IMG/VR virus record: IMGVR_UViG_3300028048_000054
Reading direction: 5' to 3' (one strand)
Source: a virus
Lineage: Duplodnaviria; Caudoviricetes
Length of the DNA stretch: 64,000 nucleotides
Both the position numbers and the translations under genes were made by a program. Below, in pieces: positions 1 through 9,900 of this stretch. Within the stretch, counting starts at the first letter, position 1. The number at the start of each line of letters is the position of its first letter. The notes under the pieces were generated by a model. It saw only the letters and a list, made by a program, of their open reading frames with translations. It ran no database searches and was not told the origin of the DNA.

Positions 1-635
1 CCGCAGTTAGGGCAGATGGGTCAGAAGGATATATTTCAGACCCTATATCGGACCAAGAGTCAACATTATTGAATAACCCACCATTTGGTAGTTATCAAGT
101 TGGAGATGGAAAGCAGTACTCATATTGTTCTTCATCTGATTTACCAACAGAAGATGATACAGAGTATTTTTTAGAAATTAGAAACCGTGACTTAAATGTA
201 CTACAAAGAGATGGGCAATGGGTGTGGTACTTTAAGCAGAGAGCAGAGGGGGAGAGATGCCCATATTGGTTGGACACTCTTCATCAATGTAAACGCGGTA
301 AAAATTGTCCTATTTGCCACGGTACAGGACTTACCCAGACTGGTTATTATGACCCAGTTAAGATATTAGTTAGACTAGTAGGTTCTGATAGAAAATTAAC
401 ACAGTATAATCACGGATTACAAGTAGAGTATGTTGCACGGTCTTGGACAGTATGGACACCAATTTTAGCAAATAGAGACATTATCGTAACAAATGATGGT
501 AGACGTTACGAAATATTAGATGTAACACCATCAATTATTCGTGGTGGTGTTATAACCCATCAAGATTTTACAGTTAAAGAAAAGATGCCCAAAGACTTCG
601 TGTATTCATTAGAAGTACCTGGGCCATTGTACTAG
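1..635 (+). CDS. Head completion/neck protein with Zn-finger (5'-truncated by window edge)
   Basis: Frame is open from position 3 (AVRADGSEGYISDPISDQESTLLNNPP...), so the true start lies upstream of the window. Contains a CPICHGTG zinc motif and a head-closure-like C-terminus (RDIIVTNDGRRYEILDV). Lies just before terminator/sheath genes. Confidence 0.55.
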   Translation, partial: AVRADGSEGYISDPISDQESTLLNNPPFGSYQVGDGKQYSYCSSSDLPTEDDTEYFLEIRNRDLNVLQRDGQWVWYFKQRAEGERCPYWLDTLHQCKRGKNCPICHGTGLTQTGYYDPVKILVRLVGSDRKLTQYNHGLQVEYVARSWTVWTPILANRDIIVTNDGRRYEILDVTPSIIRGGVITHQDFTVKEKMPKDFVYSLEVPGPLY

Positions 636-638
636 AAT

Positions 639-1292
639 ATGGCAAGAGAAAGTGAGGTTTTTAATAAGGAAGTAGCAACTTTTGCTACAAGTAAAATTGG
701 TCTGACCTCATTTATACAGGACACCAATATCACATTCTTGCGCCAATATTTTAAGACGATGAAACCGATGAATACACAAAACCCAATCTACGACCAGGAT
801 ATTATTGCAACCAATATTCAAGTCGAGGGTGAGTTTCCAAGAAGACAGGTATCGTATCCTTTGGTAGTCGTGTCTACAATGAATAGGAGTCAGGACCTAA
901 TGAATAAACTGATAGGTCGAGAGTTATATACTCCTCTTTATGATAAGACGAGCAAGAAAAAGATAGGATATTCTATGGCAGGGACATTTACTACTGGTTT
1001 CTCAATCAGTGTAGCCAGTGAGTCCACGGCAGAAAGACGGGATTTATTGGATTTAATTGTAATGCTATACAGAACTATCGGCTCTGACTACTTGAAAAAA
1101 TTTAGAGTAAATATAACTGGAATGAGTTATGGCTCTGGCAGAACCGAATTACTGGCGAATGACTTAATCTACTTTGATACATTAAATTTAACTGTACAAA
1201 CAGAGTGGAAGCAAGTAATTCAAAATATACCTCTAATCACAAGTATTAATGTTGATGAGGTGACGGTTGCAGAAGAAGAACCAATCTTTTAG
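639..1292 (+). CDS. Putative tail terminator/tail completion protein
   Basis: 217 aa, immediately upstream of the sheath; YPLVVVS...FSISVASESTAERRDLLDLI pattern is typical of tail-completion proteins. Confidence 0.5.
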   Translation: MARESEVFNKEVATFATSKIGLTSFIQDTNITFLRQYFKTMKPMNTQNPIYDQDIIATNIQVEGEFPRRQVSYPLVVVSTMNRSQDLMNKLIGRELYTPLYDKTSKKKIGYSMAGTFTTGFSISVASESTAERRDLLDLIVMLYRTIGSDYLKKFRVNITGMSYGSGRTELLANDLIYFDTLNLTVQTEWKQVIQNIPLITSINVDEVTVAEEEPIF

Positions 1293-1317
1293 GTTATTTT
1301 AAGGAGAATACTATAAT

Positions 1318-2703
1318 ATGGCTACAAATGCAGAATTGGGACGTATGCCTGGTGTTCGTGTAAAAGAAATCTTAAATGCGGACTTAGGTATTATATCTCC
1401 CCAATTTAGAATCGCTGGGTTAGTAAGCACTTCATTCACATCACTATTAAAAAGAGATATTGCTGTGATTCGTGGTACTGGTGACACAGATACTCTAACC
1501 GATTTTACCGCTGATGAAGTCACAAGTGTTGAGTGCATCAGCCCGTATCAAGAAGCATATGGCACACAGCGTATTAAATTAACCCCTACAACAGATTACA
1601 CTGTAGAGGATAATGTAATTACTTTCACAACCGCTGGTAAAGCCAAAGTTGCTGCTGGTGATACTTATTATGTAACAGCAAAAATTTCAAAATTATCTGA
1701 CCATTTCTTTGCTCCAATTGAAATGCAAAACTTTTCACAAGTTGTGAAAGAATATGGTCCAGAATATGATGCTACAAACCAAACAGTTAACTCTATGGTC
1801 GCTATGGCGCATTTGATGTTTAATGCTGGCGCAAAAAGAATTGTTTGTGTTCAAGCAAAAACAGCATCAGCACAAGACTACACAGACGCAATTGCAAAAT
1901 TAGAAGAAGTAGGTGTTCAGTATGTACTCTGTTCTGGTAACAATGTAACAGGTGTCAACGAAGCCTTATTAACACACGTTGTAAAAATGAGCACAGTTGA
2001 AAACAGTATGCCACGTGTTGGTTTCACCTCAACTGTACAACTAGAACCCACCGTAGACCAAGTGATTACAGCAGCAAATGCATTAAAATCACAAAATATG
2101 GTTTTAACTGCACCAGGTAAAGTATTGATTGTTGTTGAAGATGAAAATGGAACTTCTTATGAAAAATGGGTATCTGGTAACTATGCCAACGCTGCAATTA
2201 TTGGTATGTTATGCAATCCATCAAGAAGATTGGCAACACCTTTAACAAGAAAAGATATTACACAGTATGGTATTTTGGATGCATTTGTTCACTATAAAAA
2301 ACAAGATACTGAAAAAATGGCTGCCAATGGTGTTAACGTATTATTACAGAGAAAATCTTCTAATACAATTGTGGTAAACCAAGGTTTGACTACAGATAAC
2401 ACTAACTATGGTTCATACTATTTGAACATTGTATGCTGCAAATATGAAGTTGCAAGATTATTACAAGCATACTTAGACGAAACTTTTGTTGGTACTGAAA
2501 TCTTAGAAGATACAGTATCATTAGTACAAAGTTCAATTAGAAATACGCTGGATGGGTTTAAAGGGTTATATTTAAATAACTACAAAGACCTTTCAGTAAC
2601 ACGCGATGCCGATATTCCAACGAAACTCAATGTAAGATTCAAAATGAGTGGTATCTTTGGATTGGACTACATCGATATGGAATTTAGCGTGTACGTTCAA
2701 TAA
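1318..2703 (+). CDS. Contractile tail sheath protein
   Basis: 461 aa with AAGGAG SD; N-terminal MPGVRVKEI and C-terminal NTIVVNQGLTT...DIPTKLNVRFKMSGIFGLDYIDMEF match sheath-family termini; followed by a tube-sized gene. Confidence 0.85.
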   Translation: MATNAELGRMPGVRVKEILNADLGIISPQFRIAGLVSTSFTSLLKRDIAVIRGTGDTDTLTDFTADEVTSVECISPYQEAYGTQRIKLTPTTDYTVEDNVITFTTAGKAKVAAGDTYYVTAKISKLSDHFFAPIEMQNFSQVVKEYGPEYDATNQTVNSMVAMAHLMFNAGAKRIVCVQAKTASAQDYTDAIAKLEEVGVQYVLCSGNNVTGVNEALLTHVVKMSTVENSMPRVGFTSTVQLEPTVDQVITAANALKSQNMVLTAPGKVLIVVEDENGTSYEKWVSGNYANAAIIGMLCNPSRRLATPLTRKDITQYGILDAFVHYKKQDTEKMAANGVNVLLQRKSSNTIVVNQGLTTDNTNYGSYYLNIVCCKYEVARLLQAYLDETFVGTEILEDTVSLVQSSIRNTLDGFKGLYLNNYKDLSVTRDADIPTKLNVRFKMSGIFGLDYIDMEFSVYVQ

Positions 2704-2723
2704 GGATTTAGAGGAGATTTACA

Positions 2724-3317
2724 ATGCAAGTAGATTATACATATGCTCCAGACCCATATAATGAAGACGGCAAAGTAATGTTAATGTCTGCTCTGAAATT
2801 ATATGCAGAAGTCTTAAACAAAGATACATCAAAAACACTCGTACCAATTGGTATGGCAAATTCAATGGACGTAGATGAAAGAAGACAAGTTATCTATAAC
2901 TTCGTAATTGGTAACAGAGACCCATCTACAGCCAGAGACTTAATTGCTGGTCCTGTTGAACAAAGTACATTGTCAGTGGGCACAATCGTTATGTACAAAG
3001 CCAACTTGATTGGTTTAGTATCAGAAGATGCTAAAGCCCCACACGTACAAGGTGCAAGATACTCAGCATCAATTCGTTCACAGACAAGACCATTCACAAT
3101 GATTGAAACTTGGACGAACCCAGCAACAGAACAAGTTGTATTAACCCAATCTTATATGGGTTGTATGATTGAGTCCTGCCGTAAACAAAGAAGTATGCAA
3201 AATACAGACTGGCGTGTTCTTGAAGATTTAGTAATTCACTTCAAAACAACCAAACTGGAAATTAACCAAGATGCTATCAACGACCCATCTCTTGGGAACC
3301 TTGAATTAGAAGCATAA
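2724..3317 (+). CDS. Tail tube protein
   Basis: 197 aa directly after sheath, GAGGAG SD, tube-like motif PFTMIETW...YMGCMIES; followed by a terminator. Confidence 0.75.
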   Translation: MQVDYTYAPDPYNEDGKVMLMSALKLYAEVLNKDTSKTLVPIGMANSMDVDERRQVIYNFVIGNRDPSTARDLIAGPVEQSTLSVGTIVMYKANLIGLVSEDAKAPHVQGARYSASIRSQTRPFTMIETWTNPATEQVVLTQSYMGCMIESCRKQRSMQNTDWRVLEDLVIHFKTTKLEINQDAINDPSLGNLELEA

Positions 3318-3338
3318 TAGATAGTATTTTCAAACCTA

Positions 3339-3371
3339 AGCACCCTCACTTATGTGGGGGTGTTCTGTTTT
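3339..3371 (+). terminator. Rho-independent terminator after tail tube gene
   Basis: GCACCCTCAC-TTAT-GTGGGGGTGT hairpin followed by TCTGTTTT. Confidence 0.7.
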
Positions 3372-3372
3372 G

Positions 3373-3394
3373 GTATACATTTTGGCATTTAGTG
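3373..3394 (+). promoter_or_regulatory. Candidate late promoter motif, copy 1 (GTATACAY-N6-ATTWAGTG)
   Basis: GTATACATTTTGGCATTTAGTG, right after the terminator and upstream of the tail chaperone; the same 22-bp bipartite motif recurs at 11287, 22031 and 33834. Confidence 0.6.
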
Positions 3395-3422
3395 TAAGAC
3401 ATTATATTATGAGGTGAACTGA

Positions 3423-3815
3423 ATGGATAGTTTATTAAGTTTATTTAAGGCTGAGCCCTTTAAGAAAGAGTACGAAATTAACGGGGTAAAAGTAACACTC
3501 CGTATGTTGAGCAGAAAAGAGTATGATGATATTATGAGTCGTGCAAGTATTTCCGCCGATGATTTAGTATCAAAAGAAGCATTACTTAGAAGACCCATTC
3601 TTGGTTATTCATTACAAGACATCAATGGTGTTAGTGTAAAGGATATTCCAGAAGTCAAAGCAGTTTTAGATAAAAATCCAAACTTACCCTTAAACCTTGC
3701 TGTAGAACAGGTATTGGGTGATTTTGATGCATTTTTAATTGATGGTCTATATGCTTTATACAATACTCTAATAGAAGATGACGAAAAAAATAGAGAAGAA
3801 CTAAAAAAAGATTAG
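3423..3815 (+). CDS. Tail assembly chaperone (G-like, short form)
   Basis: 130 aa between tube and tape measure; ends CTA AAA AAA GAT TAG (slippery A7 run). Confidence 0.75.
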   Translation: MDSLLSLFKAEPFKKEYEINGVKVTLRMLSRKEYDDIMSRASISADDLVSKEALLRRPILGYSLQDINGVSVKDIPEVKAVLDKNPNLPLNLAVEQVLGDFDAFLIDGLYALYNTLIEDDEKNREELKKD

Positions 3816-4171
3816 GTAGTAAGTTTGGGCGTTCATTATGGCAACTTTTTAAAGTCATAGGGAATGTACCAGACTTTATCAACTTTATTTCAGACGAGAC
3901 CCTTCTTGGTTGGGCTACCGATAACATACAGAAAGATTGGGACGATGATGCACGCGAGTGGGAATTGAAGTTCGATGCTGTAAAGCCTTGGCTAAATCCT
4001 CAAATGTATGATTATATGGAAAAACAAAAGAAGAGAAAAGAGGAACTGAAATCAATGGCAGCAAGTGTTCTTAAAATTGATAGTAAGAAAGTTGTTGTTA
4101 AAAACGCCTTTGAAGATGAGTTACGCAAGATGGGTATGACTGAAGAACAAATTAAGAGTATAAATAGTTAA
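3803..4171 (+). CDS. -1 frameshift extension of tail assembly chaperone (GT-like long form)
   Basis: The -1 frame from the A-run at 3803-3809 is open (RLGSKFGRSLWQLFKVIG...WEL) and continues into the track ORF 3965..4171. Confidence 0.75.
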   Translation, partial: KKRLGSKFGRSLWQLFKVIGNVPDFINFISDETLLGWATDNIQKDWDDDAREWELKFDAVKPWLNPQMYDYMEKQKKRKEELKSMAASVLKIDSKKVVVKNAFEDELRKMGMTEEQIKSINS

Positions 4172-4173
4172 TT

Positions 4174-6126
4174 ATGGCCGACCAAACTACAACTGTTACA
4201 GACCAAGATTCATTACAGACAGCATTATCACAGTTAGCATTAGGTGTTAAAGAAACATCTGATGCTTTACGTGCCAATTCTGAAGTTGGAACTTTGCTTG
4301 CAAATGTGTTATCCACTACTATGGATGAGAAGACACGCAACAGAGTTTTAGATATTGCTACTGACCCAAGACTGTCTCGTAGAGATAGACGTATTGCTAC
4401 ACGCGATGCGATGGCCACCCATATTAGTAAATTAGCCAACTCATTTAAGGGATTTACAACAACTAATACTTATTTAGCAAAAAATAATGGGTTGTTACAA
4501 AAGTTGGTGACAACAGTTGAGGCATTACATAGTAGTGTTAGTTCGGTAGCAAAAAAAACAACAAGCCAGACACCTAGTGTACAAACGTCTAGTGGTTCAC
4601 AAAAAAAATCTTTATATCAACAGAGAAGAAAACGTGAATCAGAAGAAGATAGACGTATAAATTACGCTGCTCGTAAAATTAATAGAAATTTTGCTAGAAA
4701 TCCTTTATTGCGTACACTATTACCAAATAGTGTTGCACGGTATGCTCGTGGTTTTGCTGCTACAAGTGATTCAATGAGATTACTTGGTAGAGGTTTGAGA
4801 GCACGTGGCCACACAACAACAGGTAATTTTCTTGTCAATTCAGGAAAATCGTTAGGAAGATTGGCTGGTGGTGCTGCTGGAGCATCTTTTGGGGCTATGG
4901 CTGCGGTTGGTGGAATAGCAGTGTTAGCGGCAATAGCGGTTATGGTTGCTAAACGTGCAATGACATCCTATTCTTCAGTTCTAAAAATGCAAGGTAGAAC
5001 TGGAGATAATAGATATAATTTATGGGGTCAGACTCTATTAGAATTTAAAGCGGGAACGTGGGGCTATTCACAAAAAGATGTAGCAAAAAAGCAAATGGAG
5101 TTTGCTAAAGCAGGGTTTACAGAGACAGCAGACACAGGGATTTTAGAAAGTGGTCTTCGGTCAGAAAAATATTTTGGTGTTGACAATACGGCACAGTATT
5201 TTCAGACATTGAGACGTTCAACGGATGCTATACGACGGTATGGAAGCGACTTAGGTAAAGAATTTTTTAGTTTAAGAACAATTGTACGTAATACTGGTAT
5301 GGGGTTGGAAGAACTGCAACAACATCAGACTGGTTTTATGGAATCCTTTAAGGGTGCTACAACACCATTTCAACTTGGGCAATTAGATGCTTTGATGTCT
5401 AATTTTAAGGATTTATTAACCAGTAAGGAAACGACTGGAACAGAATTGGCATCATTTTATAATGCAAACCAAAGAGTAGATACAAACACTATGTTAACAT
5501 CTGCCTGGTTTGCAGAACGGGGTGGATATAAATTTAGAAATCAAAATGGAGATTTGTTAGATAAAGCCTTTGAATTACGCCATATGGGTTCTGGTGACCT
5601 TGCAGGAAGAGCCAGAGCATTTCAGGCAGAATTAAAGGGTATTTATAATCAATTTGGTGTTTCAAAATTTAGTCAATTAAGTGGTAGCCAAAAGTTTATT
5701 GTAACTGAACAATTAATGCCACAGTTATTAGGTATTGATGCTTCAAAACTCCCCTCTATTGATACGTTTATGTCCAGATTTGATAGAGGTGCTGGAATAA
5801 CTGGCATAGATAAAGATACTGAAGACCAAATTAAGAAAGCACAAGAAACAGATACAGATAGAATAGTTCAAAAAATGTCTTTATTGGAAAATCCATTAAA
5901 TACAATTGCCAATATTATTATGAGATGGGCTACTTTCAATGTGCTTGGTGCTCGCAGTTATGTTAAAGATGCAGAAAGAAAAGCAAATGATGAAAAAGGA
6001 AAGCAGACCGTGCAAGATTTTGCAGTATCTGTTTATAACTTGACAGATGAAAAATTAGCAGTAAAAAAGGGTAAACCAGGTCAAAAGGCACAAGTAGTCG
6101 AAAAGATACAAGGTGGAACTAAATAA
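4174..6126 (+). CDS. Tape measure protein
   Basis: 650 aa, helical and Ala/Gly-rich with one hydrophobic segment (GAMAAVGGIAVLAAIAVMVA); canonical position after the chaperone. Confidence 0.75.
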   Translation: MADQTTTVTDQDSLQTALSQLALGVKETSDALRANSEVGTLLANVLSTTMDEKTRNRVLDIATDPRLSRRDRRIATRDAMATHISKLANSFKGFTTTNTYLAKNNGLLQKLVTTVEALHSSVSSVAKKTTSQTPSVQTSSGSQKKSLYQQRRKRESEEDRRINYAARKINRNFARNPLLRTLLPNSVARYARGFAATSDSMRLLGRGLRARGHTTTGNFLVNSGKSLGRLAGGAAGASFGAMAAVGGIAVLAAIAVMVAKRAMTSYSSVLKMQGRTGDNRYNLWGQTLLEFKAGTWGYSQKDVAKKQMEFAKAGFTETADTGILESGLRSEKYFGVDNTAQYFQTLRRSTDAIRRYGSDLGKEFFSLRTIVRNTGMGLEELQQHQTGFMESFKGATTPFQLGQLDALMSNFKDLLTSKETTGTELASFYNANQRVDTNTMLTSAWFAERGGYKFRNQNGDLLDKAFELRHMGSGDLAGRARAFQAELKGIYNQFGVSKFSQLSGSQKFIVTEQLMPQLLGIDASKLPSIDTFMSRFDRGAGITGIDKDTEDQIKKAQETDTDRIVQKMSLLENPLNTIANIIMRWATFNVLGARSYVKDAERKANDEKGKQTVQDFAVSVYNLTDEKLAVKKGKPGQKAQVVEKIQGGTK

Positions 6127-6974
6127 TGAGTATAACAACTAATATAATGGGTAATGAACACGCATATCAATTTATAATTGGTAATACAAAATTGCCATTT
6201 TTCTATATGCCATATGAGAACCCAAATATTATGGAAATCACCAACAAGAAAGAGTATAACAGAACTCAAACTATTGGTGGACAAGCCTTTGAACACTGGG
6301 GTGAACAACCAGCATTAATGCACGTTTCGATGCGTATTAGAAAAAATAGTTATTCTGGTAATATTATTGGTTTGTACAACGATAAAAAATACGATTTAGA
6401 AGACCCTATGTTCTGTACAGAATTAGAAGTTATGCAGATGATGTATAAAATGGACAGACGTAAATTGAGATGGAACATAGGTGATGCGTCCTGGTTAGGT
6501 GGTAGTGGAATTTCAAATAAAACATCAGGTATGAAAAGTTCTGTATTAAGTGTTGCCACAGGTGCTGTTGGGAATGTTATAACACCAGCAAAGACATTAA
6601 ATACTTCATCTTTTACATTTACAAAAGAAAGTGATATACTGTCAGGCACTGCTGCTACATCACAGGAAAAAGGAACCAACTTTTTGAATAATTTATCTGA
6701 TACTATTATTATTTTTAAGAATGAAATTTACTCTGGTTTTTTTACAAATTTTAAAGTCACAGAGGATGGTTCATTTCCATTTGTTAATGTTGTTACTTTT
6801 GATTTTACAATAACTCATACACTCCGTGATTCAATGTATGAGGGGTTGGCAAATGGGTCTGTTGGTAGACACATACTTGCTGGACTTGGTTTGGTTACCA
6901 CAGCAACCGCAGCAGGATATGCTATTGACTCAATTACTTCTGGTGCACAATCTATTGTTGATGGTATTATTTAA
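6126..6974 (+). CDS. Putative tail tube initiator/baseplate protein
   Basis: Follows the TMP; YENPNIMEITNKKEYNRTQTIGG...EHWGE and YSGFFTNFKVTED...FDFTI resemble tube-initiator proteins. Confidence 0.55.
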   Translation: MSITTNIMGNEHAYQFIIGNTKLPFFYMPYENPNIMEITNKKEYNRTQTIGGQAFEHWGEQPALMHVSMRIRKNSYSGNIIGLYNDKKYDLEDPMFCTELEVMQMMYKMDRRKLRWNIGDASWLGGSGISNKTSGMKSSVLSVATGAVGNVITPAKTLNTSSFTFTKESDILSGTAATSQEKGTNFLNNLSDTIIIFKNEIYSGFFTNFKVTEDGSFPFVNVVTFDFTITHTLRDSMYEGLANGSVGRHILAGLGLVTTATAAGYAIDSITSGAQSIVDGII

Positions 6975-9900
6975 TGGCTTATATTGAAAAAAGTTTGAAT
7001 ACAGCACATTTCACTAGACCAGCGGTTGTATTATTTAAGAAACCGCTTGCTACTAATGAAGAAATGACCGCCGAATTGGAGAAACTTATAGGTGATGCGT
7101 ATCCTATGGAAACGCATACACTGACCAGTTATTCTGGTAAAGGGAATCCAAAGGCGATTTTTTATTGTGTTTCTACAGGTGCTTATAAGGTAGTCAACTA
7201 TGATGAGAACGCCTATTTCCATATTATTGATTATAAGGATACCAAAGAAAACATACTTTCTAAAAAAATAGATTTTGATTTAGCAACAGCAAAGGCACCT
7301 GTTATTAATTCTTCATTTAGACGTAAGTTGTGGAAAACGGCTGTGGACTCTGTTTCACTTGCAAATCCAGCGACTGCTTTACCATATATTATTGGTATTT
7401 TTCTTAAAAAGAGTACTACAACAATACTTCAAAACACGGGCAAAATACTTACTAATGACTTTTTAAAAGAAGCAATAGATAAGTATTATGATGGTGTTGA
7501 TAAGGAATCAGAAGATTCTTTAACAAATACTCTTAATAGAACGTGGTATGTATTTTCACTTGATGATGATTATTATGTTCCTGAAATTAAATATAATGTG
7601 AAAGAAACATTAGGAACCAATTATCAAGAAGAACACTATGTAGAACACGGACCAGCAGGGGTAGAGAGTACAGCAAAAGTTCCAGAATCATTTGGAACTA
7701 CTGGGTATGGTATATCTACATTGGACACACACGTTGTACAATCTACTTGTTCTTTAACTAAAAATGCGTTTATTCGTTCCGCAGCATTTGCTAGAAACCG
7801 AGAGAAATTAATTGAAATTTTTGCAAAATATAAAATATTGAGTATCTATCAAGTAGTACTTCAAGAATCTGTAGATTGCAAAGATATTACAAAAGTTACT
7901 TATAAGCAGGCATTAGATGATTTTAATAATTATATGAAAAATGCTAATGCCAAGGCATTTGCTGAATTTAATTGTGAAATTGCAACATTTTACAATAGTA
8001 TGTATAATAAGTACTCTTTTAGAGCAGAGTATTATAAAGCAACTGATGAAAAAAACTTTCGTATTATAGATAAGTTTTCTGCGTCAGCATCAAAGTTCCT
8101 TTCAACTGATAAATATAAAATTAAAGTAACCACATTGTTTCCAGAGTTAAACAGAGACCTACTACTTGCGATGAACCCTAAAATTGCAAACGGTGTGGAA
8201 TATCCTTTGTCTGCATTTAAAGGTGCTTTTAGGTCATTATATAACTTGTCATATTATGTGGACTCAGAAGGTGGTAACTCAAAAGTTGGTTACATAGTAT
8301 TTACAGAGTCAGACACATTTAGAGATGCTGTGGACGCTTATTACTTTCTAGCAGAACGTATTAATAGAAGTATAAATGCTGTAGATGCAAAGACAGAACA
8401 GCAGTTGTTAAAGTATTATAATGTAAGTGCGGAATTTCCATTAAGATATAAATATCAAGAACTTACGACAGGTTCTATGATGGCTATTTCAGCAAGTGTA
8501 TTAAAAGATGACTATAATACTTATGGAAGTGACCAAAAAGAACAAAAAGTACATATTAATGACAATAATGCGGTACAGCCAACTGGTATTAGGAAGTCCA
8601 ATACAATTCAGTTTAGAGCATTTTTGGAATCAATGAACCGTGGAAGAATAGGAACACGTGAAAGCACCACAATAACCTATACGTCACGTAAGATGGGTGG
8701 TTTTAATCCACTTATGATTGATTTTAAATTAATGTACTATATGATGATAAAGTACAATGTTGTATTACCAAAGTATAATAAATTGGAACCTGAATTTATA
8801 CACGGAAATAATTCTAATAGTACAGTACGTATGTTTCCAATTAACTTTTTTACTGCTACTGGAAAGTTAGAGTCTGGTACATTTTCTAATATTTCTGGTA
8901 TAAGTAGGAAACAAAAAAATTCAGATGGAACCACCAATTATGCTTTTGATTTTGAGTCAATTAAAAAACTTCCCATAAAAGATAAAAAACGTCTAGTTTC
9001 TATGTATGAGAGCGTGTACTATGGTGGTTGGGCTGGGTTTTATTATACTAATGCCACAACTTACTCAGAAGATATTGCACCATATTATAATACACAATTG
9101 TCTGATGAAGTACTTACTACTATTCAGGAAGTATTAAACGAAGAAGATGAAAGTAACTATACTGAAAAATTCAGTCCACTAACAGACTTTACAGATTTTA
9201 GATATTTAACTGAATTAAACGATGTTAAAAATTCAGATGTGTCTGATATTGTTGTTTCGCGCCAAACAATGGGCAAAAGTCAGGCTACAATTACTCTAAA
9301 GAATAATGATAATAAATATGTGTTCAAAGATGGTATATTTAAAGGTGAGTGTATATTTGAACCTATGGACGAGGTGAGTATTTACTTACCAACAACCAGC
9401 GGTGGACTCACACTGTCATTTACAGGATTTTTAGACTCTACAGATGTTGCATCAACTAATGGTTATAATATGATTAGTTTGCAATGTTCGTGCCCTATTA
9501 AGTTATTGGAAATTAATCGTACAAATGTGAAACCTTCTATGTCTGGTGGTCTTGAAGCAGACTATGCACCATTAAACCCATTTTTAGTTCCACCAAAGAT
9601 GATGGAGTCTATGGAAAAGTGGGTCCCATTTATGTTTGTCCAACCACTAACATATATGACTTCTATGTTGGGTGATATTACTTCACCAGAATCAACTTAT
9701 ACTTATAAAACAGTTGAGTTAGCAAGTGAGGGCGGATACCATATTTTTGGACCTAAATTTGAGGACGATTTATTACAGTACTTGTGGTCACGTAGAAGCC
9801 AACATATAAAAGATTCTGAAGCAGCGAATTTAGCACTTAAAAATTTAATTGATAAATATACTGATACGGTAACTTACAAAAATGGTGAAGAGTTAGGTAG

